In this document: piece by piece, positions 25,857-32,000 of the stretch
Layout: each line of letters starts with the position of its first letter
Numbering within the stretch: position 1 is the stretch's first letter
From: Nanobdellota archaeon
GTDB taxonomy: Archaea > Nanobdellota > Nanobdellia > Pacearchaeales > GW2011-AR1
Length of the DNA stretch: 32,000 nucleotides
Assembly (NCBI GenBank): GCA_038046005.1
Contig: JBBSXB010000005.1
Span: forward strand, 14,207 to 46,206
Direction: 5' to 3'
Program-made: the position numbers and the translations under genes
The notes under the pieces: model-generated
Databases searched by the model: none
What the model was told of the DNA's origin: nothing
What the model saw: the letters and a program-made list of their open reading frames with translations, nothing else

Positions 25857-27563
25857 ATGACAGAATTATTCACTAACTTGAGTTTGATCATTCTAATAGC
25901 TTTTCTAGTGTCTTTTATGATAAGGCTTTTAAAACAGCCTCTTTTAATCGGTTATATTATCACCGGAATCATCGCTGGTCCATACTTCTTTAATTTGATT
26001 GAGGCTGACCAGACAATCGGAACATTTTCAAAGCTGGGTGTTGCTTTGCTTTTGTTCACCGTTGGTTTGCATTTAAATCCCAAAGTAATAAAGGAAGTGG
26101 GAAAAACTGCTCTTATCACAGGAGTTGGGCAGGTCATTTTCACTTCGGTAATTGGTTTTTTAATTGCTAAAGGGTTGGGTTTTGCAACCTTGACATCTGT
26201 CTATATTTCTGTTGCGTTTACGTTCAGTAGCACGATTATAATCCTGAAATTGCTTAGCGATAAGGGGGACCTTAACAGTGTGTATGGAAAAGTCTCGGTT
26301 GGACTTTTGATATTCCAAGATTTGATTGCTGTCTTTTTATTGATGATTATTTCTTCATCTTCTAATAATATTGTCACTCCGTTCTTGATTACATTTACTG
26401 TCATTAAAGGTATCTTTATACTTGGCGCTTTATTTTTAATCAGTTTGTATTTGCTTCCACACATAACTAATTTTGTTGCAAAATCACAGGAATTTTTATT
26501 TTTGTTTTCTATTGCATGGTGTTTTGCACTTGCTAGCTTATTCCAATATTTTGGCTTTTCATTGGAAATAGGGGCGCTGCTTGCAGGAATCTCTCTTTCA
26601 ACTTCCGTTTATGGTGCAGAAATAAGCTCGAAACTTAAACCCTTGAGAGATTTTTTCATCGTAATGTTTTTTGTCGTAATAGGTTCACAGATGATTATTG
26701 GAGAAGTTGGCGCCAATGTAGTTCCAGTAATTATTTTCTCTCTCTTCATTTTGATTGGTCATCCTGTAATTATGATGATGCTAATGGGGGCATTGGGATA
26801 CACAAAAAGAAACAGCTTTTTAGCAGGATTGACCGTTGCACAAATAAGTGAATTCTCGATAATCATGGTGGCTTTAGGAGTAAGTGTTGGTCATATAAGC
26901 AGAGAAATTTTGTCTTTGGTAACGATGGTCGGATTAATCACAATTGCAGGCTCTACTTATCTAATAATGTATTCAAACAAAATTTATCCTTTAATCTCAA
27001 AATACCTTAATATTTTTGAAAAAAAGAATGTCAAGGAAAAGAAAGAGATTAAAGAAAAGTATGATGTAATCTTGTTTGGTTATAACAGGATTGGATTCGG
27101 CATATTGAAATCACTTAAAGAGTCAAAGACAAAGTATCTTGTCGTTGATTATAATCCTGAGATAGTTTCTAATTTAAAAAAATTCAGAGTTCCTGTTTTG
27201 TATGGAGATGTTTATGACAAAGAATTCCTGGATTCGCTTCCGCTGAAAAATGTTAAAATAGTTGTGTCTACAATTCCTGATGTTGAAACTAGCACCGTGC
27301 TGATAAAAACTGTAAAGGGTATTAATCCTCAAGTGATAGTCATTGTAAGAGCAAACCAGATTGATGACGCTTTGAAGCTTTACAAATCCGGAGCTGATTA
27401 TGTTCTGACTCCTCATTTTTTAGGCGGAGAATATGTTGCAAACATGGTTAAGAATTTTGGAGATTCTTCATTGAACTACAAGCTAGAAAAAGAAAGGCAT
27501 TTGAAAATGCTTCACGAGAGGAAAAATCTCGGGCAAGAGCATCCTGATGTGGATAAGAATTAA
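25857..27563 (+). CDS. monovalent cation:proton antiporter (CPA2/Kef-type) with a C-terminal RCK/TrkA-N domain
   Basis: About 12 hydrophobic helices with ..IGYIITGIIAGP.. and ..LLFTVGLH.. typical of the Na+/H+ exchanger fold. The C-terminal DVILFGYNRIGFGILKSL..VVD.. is a Rossmann-type RCK domain. Confidence 0.87.
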   Translation: MTELFTNLSLIILIAFLVSFMIRLLKQPLLIGYIITGIIAGPYFFNLIEADQTIGTFSKLGVALLLFTVGLHLNPKVIKEVGKTALITGVGQVIFTSVIGFLIAKGLGFATLTSVYISVAFTFSSTIIILKLLSDKGDLNSVYGKVSVGLLIFQDLIAVFLLMIISSSSNNIVTPFLITFTVIKGIFILGALFLISLYLLPHITNFVAKSQEFLFLFSIAWCFALASLFQYFGFSLEIGALLAGISLSTSVYGAEISSKLKPLRDFFIVMFFVVIGSQMIIGEVGANVVPVIIFSLFILIGHPVIMMMLMGALGYTKRNSFLAGLTVAQISEFSIIMVALGVSVGHISREILSLVTMVGLITIAGSTYLIMYSNKIYPLISKYLNIFEKKNVKEKKEIKEKYDVILFGYNRIGFGILKSLKESKTKYLVVDYNPEIVSNLKKFRVPVLYGDVYDKEFLDSLPLKNVKIVVSTIPDVETSTVLIKTVKGINPQVIVIVRANQIDDALKLYKSGADYVLTPHFLGGEYVANMVKNFGDSSLNYKLEKERHLKMLHERKNLGQEHPDVDKN

Positions 27564-27603
27564 TTTACCACAAAACATATAAATTTGCTATCTATTAATT
27601 TTT

Positions 27604-27924
27604 ATGGTAACATTTGTGTCTCAGTATGATGTTTTTGTGCAGATGGTTCATTCTTCTGACAGTTATTTAAATGCAACAGAACAAGGGAGAAAAGAGATGG
27701 ATGAATATTTAAAATCTCAAGAAGTTAGAAATCATTTTGGTAGTAGAATTATCCCCCAGTTCACACTTCATGAATCAATTGTTTTAGAATTTACAAATTG
27801 TGGTGCTTTCCAGCAAAGAACACCCCAAGAGCAACAAAATATTGGAAGATATTTGTCCTCTAAAAAATTTAAAGGTGTTGTTGATAAATTAGAGAGTAGA
27901 GTTAATAATTTTTTTAATGTTTAA
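27604..27924 (+). CDS. hypothetical protein
   Basis: 106-codon ORF. No motif recognised. Confidence 0.4.
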   Translation: MVTFVSQYDVFVQMVHSSDSYLNATEQGRKEMDEYLKSQEVRNHFGSRIIPQFTLHESIVLEFTNCGAFQQRTPQEQQNIGRYLSSKKFKGVVDKLESRVNNFFNV

Positions 27925-28000
27925 TGAGACAGGATTTTTTAGCCTTTTTTAACAATTTTCTTAAAGATAACTTTAAATATAATATCTTCTTTTGGGAAAT

Positions 28001-29293
28001 ATGATTGATATAAAACTGATAAGAGAGCATCCTGAGATTGTAAAAGAGAACATAAAAAAGAAGTTTCAAAATCAAAAGCTTATTTTAGTTGATAAGATTA
28101 GAGAGTTTGACGATGAGTGGAGGGCACTTAAATACAAAGAGGATAATTTAAGGTCGGAAAGAAATAAAATTTCTCAGGAAATAAATGAGCTTAAAAAAGC
28201 CGGGAAAAATGTCAAGAACGAGCTGAAAAAAGCAAAAGAAATTCCGGAAGAAATTGAAAAGGTTTTGATTCAAAGAAAGAAACTTGAGGATGATGTTTAC
28301 AATATTTCTCTGCAAATCCCGAACATTATTGATAAGAGTGTTCCGATAGGAAAAGATGCTTCTGAAAATAAAGTTGCGAAGGTTTTTGGAAAGCCTGCAA
28401 AATTAGGATTTGAAGCGAAGGGTCATGCTGAGCTTGGAGAAAAATTGGGAATCTTAGATTTTGATTCTTCTGCAAATATATCTGGAAAAGGATTTTATGT
28501 TTTGAAAAATGAACTTGCTTTGTTAAACATGGCTTTGATAAATTTTGCAAGAAATTTTATGATAAAAAAAGGATTTGAATATATCGAACCCCCTTTAATG
28601 CTAAGGGAAGAAATCTTGAGGGGAGTTTACTCCAAAAATGAAATTGATCAGATGTCTTACAAGATTGAAGGTGAGGATCTTTATCTGATTGCTACATCAG
28701 AACATCCTTTAATCGGAATGTTCATAAACAAAACTTTAACGTCAAAAAATATTCCTGTAAAACAAACTGCTTATTCAATGTGTTTCAGAAAAGAAATAGG
28801 AAGCCACGGGATTGATGAAAAGGGAGTTTATAGGACTCACCAATTCAACAAACAGGAAATGATTGTCATATGTGAGCCTTCTGAGTCAAGCAAATGGTAT
28901 GATGAAATGATGAAGATGAGCGTTGAACTTTTCAAGGAGCTTGAGTTTCCATTCAGAATTTTGGAAATTTGTTCTGGAGATTTGGGAGATTTGAAAACTA
29001 AGCAATGTGACTTTGAAGCATGGAGTCCGAAAAGGAAAGAATATTTTGAGATTACATCTTTGTCAAATATGGGAGACGCACAGGCAAGAAGGCTTGGAAT
29101 AAGGATTGACAATGGCAAGGAAAGATATTTTGCCCATACTTTAAACAATACAGTTATAGCAACTTCAAGAATTATGGTTGCAATCTTGGAAAATTTCCAA
29201 CAAAAAGACGGAAGCATAAAGATTCCAAAAGCATTGTGGCCTTATACTAAGTTTAAGGTAATCGGTTCTATTGAGAAAAAAAACAAAAAATAG
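28001..29293 (+). CDS. serS: seryl-tRNA synthetase
   Basis: N-terminal coiled-coil arm and class II motifs (..CFRKEIGSHGIDEKGVYRTHQFNKQEM.., ..TLNNTVIATSR..). I chose the ATG at 28001, because the track start at 27992 is a TTG. The TATA-like ctttaaatataa lies at about 27971-27982. Ends in TAG. Confidence 0.93.
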   Translation: MIDIKLIREHPEIVKENIKKKFQNQKLILVDKIREFDDEWRALKYKEDNLRSERNKISQEINELKKAGKNVKNELKKAKEIPEEIEKVLIQRKKLEDDVYNISLQIPNIIDKSVPIGKDASENKVAKVFGKPAKLGFEAKGHAELGEKLGILDFDSSANISGKGFYVLKNELALLNMALINFARNFMIKKGFEYIEPPLMLREEILRGVYSKNEIDQMSYKIEGEDLYLIATSEHPLIGMFINKTLTSKNIPVKQTAYSMCFRKEIGSHGIDEKGVYRTHQFNKQEMIVICEPSESSKWYDEMMKMSVELFKELEFPFRILEICSGDLGDLKTKQCDFEAWSPKRKEYFEITSLSNMGDAQARRLGIRIDNGKERYFAHTLNNTVIATSRIMVAILENFQQKDGSIKIPKALWPYTKFKVIGSIEKKNKK

Positions 29294-29297
29294 AATT

Positions 29298-29537
29298 ATG
29301 AAAAATAAAATAGCCGTTCTAATAATGGCTGGATTGTTTTGTGCAGTTTTAGGATACTTTTTGTATAATAATTTAAGCAGAAATGGTGATCGTATTAACT
29401 CGGAATCTAATTTTAACAACAATAGTGGAAGTTCGGCTAGTTTTGGTTCTCAGGGCCAGACAACTGTTGACAGTAGTGAAGCCGTCAAAGTGGGAAAAAG
29501 ACTTTCTAATGGGCATGTGAGGGTGAAGGCAGCATAA
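29298..29537 (+). CDS. small membrane-anchored/secreted hypothetical protein
   Basis: From ATG 29298: MKNKIAVLIMAGLFCAVLGYFLY.. followed by a Ser/Asn/Gly-rich tail. Confidence 0.4.
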   Translation: MKNKIAVLIMAGLFCAVLGYFLYNNLSRNGDRINSESNFNNNSGSSASFGSQGQTTVDSSEAVKVGKRLSNGHVRVKAA

Positions 29538-29543
29538 TCACAA

Positions 29544-29642
29544 ACTTTAAAAACCGTGTTTGAGAGATATGGTTAAGTATATGCGGACTATTTCTGAAGA
29601 AGTAGAAAAGCAGAACGACTAAATACAGATGGAGGAAACGAA
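29544..29642 (+). promoter_or_regulatory. promoter plus a roughly 60-70 nt leader with a strong Shine-Dalgarno site for the RRM gene
   Basis: TATA-like actttaaaaacc (29544-29555). GGAGG at 29631-29635, 7 nt before ATG 29643. Most other genes here have their TATA box only about 20-30 nt from the ATG. Confidence 0.5.
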
Positions 29643-30002
29643 ATGAAAGTATACGTAGGGAATTTGTCTTTTGCTATCGACAACAACAAGCTTAACGAAC
29701 TTTTCTCTGAATTCGGAGGAATCGAAGAAGCTATTGTCATTGTTGACAAGTTTTCAGGCAGATCAAAGGGATTTGGGTTCGTGACTTTTAAGGATGACGA
29801 TTCAGCTAAGAAAGCCATTTCAGAAATGAATGACAAGGAAGTTGAAGGTAGAAAACTTAAGGTTAATGAAGCAAAACCAATGGATCCTGACAGACCAAGA
29901 CCCCCTAGAAGAGACTTTGGCGGCAGAGGCTTCGGTGGCGGTGGCGGTAGCGGTAGTGGTGGCGGCGGCAGAAGATTCGGCGGAAGCAGAGACAGATTCT
30001 AA
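29643..30002 (+). CDS. RNA-binding protein: RRM domain with a C-terminal Arg/Gly-rich (RGG) tail
   Basis: RNP-2 VYVGNL and RNP-1 KGFGFVTF at the canonical spacing. Tail RRDFGGRGFGGGGGSGSGGGGRRFGGSRDRF. Confidence 0.85.
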   Translation: MKVYVGNLSFAIDNNKLNELFSEFGGIEEAIVIVDKFSGRSKGFGFVTFKDDDSAKKAISEMNDKEVEGRKLKVNEAKPMDPDRPRPPRRDFGGRGFGGGGGSGSGGGGRRFGGSRDRF

Positions 30003-30023
30003 ATATTTGTCTCAATAAATGAA

Positions 30024-30043
30024 TTTTTCTTTTTTTCTTTTTT
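30024..30043 (+). terminator. oligo-T tract (archaeal-type terminator) after the RRM gene
   Basis: tttttctttttttctttttt begins 21 nt after the stop codon. Confidence 0.5.
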
Positions 30044-30103
30044 AAATTTAAGTTGATGTTTTAGTGCAATAATTTTTATAAGGGGTTAATTAGTGTGAGA
30101 AAT

Positions 30104-30748
30104 ATGGTAGGTAAAGTAAGAATAAGCTACGTTCTAAATGAGAACTATTTTGTGGTTCCAGGAGTTTCTTACAAGGGAGAGACTGGAACCTGGAATGTTT
30201 TTGAAAATCTTACTGGACAAGTGACTCAAGATGAGCTTGTTGAATACTCTGAAAAAGAAAAACAAAAAGGAAATCCTTATTTGATGGATTTGCCTTTGCA
30301 TTTTGCTGTTTTTCTTGCTGCCTACAAATTAAGAAATGGTCAAGATGCCAAGAGATTAAGGGCGTTTTTGCAAAATAGCCTTAGAAGACATTTACATACT
30401 CTAACGAGAATTGCATATAATCCTGATGGAATAGATGAAGCAATGCACAATTATGGAACTTCTGAACAATATTCTTTAAAAGGAACTATCATTGGTCCTG
30501 ACCAGTGGATTAAAGATATGGAAGACAAAAAAACTTTGGAAATTCTTTTAAGTACAGAAGATGTTGTACAAATAAATAATGTTTTTAAGTGGATTAGCAA
30601 GAAAAATGGATATATTTGTAGAGTGAATTTGCCAACTAAAGAAGATGAGGAAGCTGTCAGGCTTTATGCTGGCGACGATAGGTTCTATTTAGACTGTGGC
30701 AAGTTAGGTGGTGCGTGTCCTGCCATACGTGTTATGAGAGTTGATTGA
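30104..30748 (+). CDS. hypothetical protein (possibly a distant relative of the 8970-9878 protein)
   Basis: I chose the ATG at 30104, because the track start at 30095 is a GTG. The ..PYLMDLPLHF.. and terminal ..CPAIRVMRVD motifs loosely parallel GYRIPSLEES / YAVLGVKK in the other protein. Confidence 0.5.
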   Translation: MVGKVRISYVLNENYFVVPGVSYKGETGTWNVFENLTGQVTQDELVEYSEKEKQKGNPYLMDLPLHFAVFLAAYKLRNGQDAKRLRAFLQNSLRRHLHTLTRIAYNPDGIDEAMHNYGTSEQYSLKGTIIGPDQWIKDMEDKKTLEILLSTEDVVQINNVFKWISKKNGYICRVNLPTKEDEEAVRLYAGDDRFYLDCGKLGGACPAIRVMRVD

Positions 30749-30798
30749 GGTTTTAAATCAGTAACTTTTAAAAGGGGATTTCTGCATTATATTTTCAT

Positions 30799-30911
30799 GC
30801 TCGCATGGTCTAGCGGTTATGACTCATCCCTGTCGTGACATCTTCTTTATGAAAAAGAAAGGGGAAAATCACAGAACGGATGCGATCCGGGTTCGACTCC
30901 CGGTGCGGGCG
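30799..30911 (+). tRNA. tRNA-Asp (anticodon GUC) with a 41-nt intron; CCA not encoded
   Basis: Acceptor stem GCUCGCA/UGCGGGC plus discriminator G. D arm GUCU-AGCGGUUA-UGAC. Anticodon stem CAUCC/GGAUG. Anticodon loop CUGUCG|intron|C. T arm CCGGG-UUCGACU-CCCGG. TATA-like cttttaaaag lies about 25 nt upstream. Confidence 0.85.
30836..30876 (+). other. tRNA intron at the canonical 37/38 position with a bulge-helix-bulge motif
   Basis: C32-U35 (30830-30833) pair with ACAG (30871-30874). The 3-nt bulges are CG|U and AA|C. GA (30837-30838) pairs with UC (30869-30870). The inner stem is 30841-30848 / 30858-30865. Confidence 0.75.
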
Positions 30912-32000
30912 TAATACATATTAGACCAATTTGGTGAGACTCTTTTCCTAACGGATATATTGTATCTCGACTGTCCATATAAAATCCCGAGATCAAGGAA
31001 AAGATATGAAAATCGATCCATATAAGCACAAGGAAAGATACCTTAATTGGAAAGAATCAGTAAAACAGGGAATTCCGAGCATAAGCAAAGAAAACTCGGA
31101 AATTATACTGCAATATCTAAAAGATATGGAAATTGGAGTTAATATTTCTTCAGTTAGTGTGAAAGGCTCAAGAGGATATAATAGACTAAACACTTTAAAG
31201 GACAAACTTATATTCTTCTCCAAAAAGTTTAACACAAGCTTTAATTTGGGCTGTATAATGGAGATTAAAGAGGAACAGTTATTTCAATTCTTTTCAGAGA
31301 TGGATAAAGGAATCATAAAAAGACAAGATGGAAATAACTTTATGGGAGTGCACACTTATGTTAAGATATTCAAAGCGTTTTGGCATTGGTATCAGAAAAT
31401 CGCCAGAAAGCAGGGAATTGAGGTAAAAGATATTACTTTAGATTTAGATACTAAAGCAAATAAGCCAAAATGGGTTTATCTTACAGAAAAACAAGTTAAA
31501 CAGCTTTATGATAGGGCAGGAAGTAGATACAAAGTCCTAATAATGTTCTTATTTGACACAGGAATAAGAGCGCCAACAGAGTTGATTAATATTAGAGTTA
31601 GCGATTTATTCAATAATTGCACTGAGTTGCAAATAAGAGATGAAATAAGTAAAACATTTGGAAGAAGAATTAAATTAATGCTTTGCTCAAACATTCTTAA
31701 AGACTATATTCAAGAAAATAATCTTAAACCAGAAGATCAGTTATTTGCAATAAACCCAACTGTAGTAAACAGATATCTCAAAAATTTAGCAGTGAAGATT
31801 TTTGGCAAAGGCATGAGTGATGCAGGTGAATTATATTCTAGATTATCAATGTATGATTTCAGGCATTGTTCATGTTGTTATTGGCTTCCAAGATATAAAT
31901 CTGAAAGTGCCTTGAAATATAGATTTGGATGGAAAAAATCAGATAAAATACATTATTATTCAGAATTATTAGGAATGAAGGACAAAATTTCTGAAGAAGA
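30912..32000 (+). mobile_element. probable start of an integrated element inserted at tRNA-Asp (extends beyond the window)
   Basis: An integrase gene sits 94 nt downstream of the tRNA 3' end. The second att repeat and the cargo are not visible in the window. Confidence 0.4.
31006..32000 (+). CDS. tyrosine recombinase / phage-type integrase (3' end outside the window)
   Basis: Open from ATG 31006 to the window end and not in the ORF track. Contains ..LFDTGIRAPTEL.., ..MYDFRHCSCCYW.. and ..FGWKKSDKIHYYSE.. in the order of the Arg / His-x-x-Arg / Trp(His) / Tyr catalytic residues. Confidence 0.8.
   Translation, partial: MKIDPYKHKERYLNWKESVKQGIPSISKENSEIILQYLKDMEIGVNISSVSVKGSRGYNRLNTLKDKLIFFSKKFNTSFNLGCIMEIKEEQLFQFFSEMDKGIIKRQDGNNFMGVHTYVKIFKAFWHWYQKIARKQGIEVKDITLDLDTKANKPKWVYLTEKQVKQLYDRAGSRYKVLIMFLFDTGIRAPTELINIRVSDLFNNCTELQIRDEISKTFGRRIKLMLCSNILKDYIQENNLKPEDQLFAINPTVVNRYLKNLAVKIFGKGMSDAGELYSRLSMYDFRHCSCCYWLPRYKSESALKYRFGWKKSDKIHYYSELLGMKDKISEE

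Noticed and set aside
29588-29836. Minus-strand ORF antisense to the RRM gene, plus the minus-strand ORFs at 30847-31029 and 30993-31235.
   Set aside because: They overlap a motif-confirmed RRM gene, the tRNA and the integrase ORF respectively. Their translations are low-complexity.
29925-29975. A GGC/GGT-rich tandem-repeat-like tract (ggcggtggcggtagcggtagtggtggcggcggc).
   Set aside because: It lies in frame within the RRM gene and encodes the Gly-rich RGG tail, so it is not a stand-alone microsatellite or CRISPR-like repeat.
20740-30200. A shared ETGTW pentapeptide between the small ORF at 20558-20818 and the 30104-30748 protein.
   Set aside because: A five-residue match with no surrounding similarity is within chance expectation.
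1-32000. CRISPR arrays, rRNA genes, IS transposases and further tRNAs.
   Set aside because: I saw no regularly spaced direct repeats, no rRNA-like conserved blocks, no transposase motifs, and no second cloverleaf on either strand. A by-eye scan can miss degenerate elements.

Overview
By eye this is an AT-rich (about one-third G+C), very compact stretch of archaeal chromosome. The archaeal assignment rests on aIF2-gamma, aIF5B, ribosomal proteins S6e and uS10, a TrmB-type regulator, a tRNA-Asp whose intron carries a bulge-helix-bulge motif, and BRE/TATA-like boxes about 20-30 nt upstream of most start codons. The gene content and compaction resemble a small-genome DPANN-like archaeon, but that lineage guess is inference only. 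Housekeeping genes (eif2g, rps6e, infB, thyX, rps10, serS, cyclophilin, aminotransferase) are interleaved with three ion transporters (an MgtA-like and a Ca-type P-type ATPase, plus a Kef/RCK antiporter). They also sit among several surface or accessory genes: two paralogous beta-helix proteins with C-terminal dockerin-like repeats, a Cys-rich and sequon-rich surface protein, and a cupredoxin next to a thioredoxin-like protein. I saw no CRISPR array, rRNA gene or transposase. Six leads seem most worth following. (1) tRNA-Asp is followed directly by a tyrosine recombinase that runs off the window, so an integrated element probably begins here. (2) An RRM plus Gly/Arg-rich RNA-binding protein has atypical codon usage and a Shine-Dalgarno leader, which is unusual for an archaeon. 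(3) A cupredoxin gene is interrupted by an in-frame TAG exactly where the conserved Trp is expected. (4) A tightly coupled operon starts with a SPASM-only fragment of a radical SAM enzyme. (5) The dockerin-bearing beta-helix paralogs share a roughly 44-nt upstream element. (6) A promoter-to-T-tract interval (15544-15690) could encode a small structured RNA. I cannot point to a fully defined new multi-gene system. All function calls come from motif recognition by eye and need profile searches.
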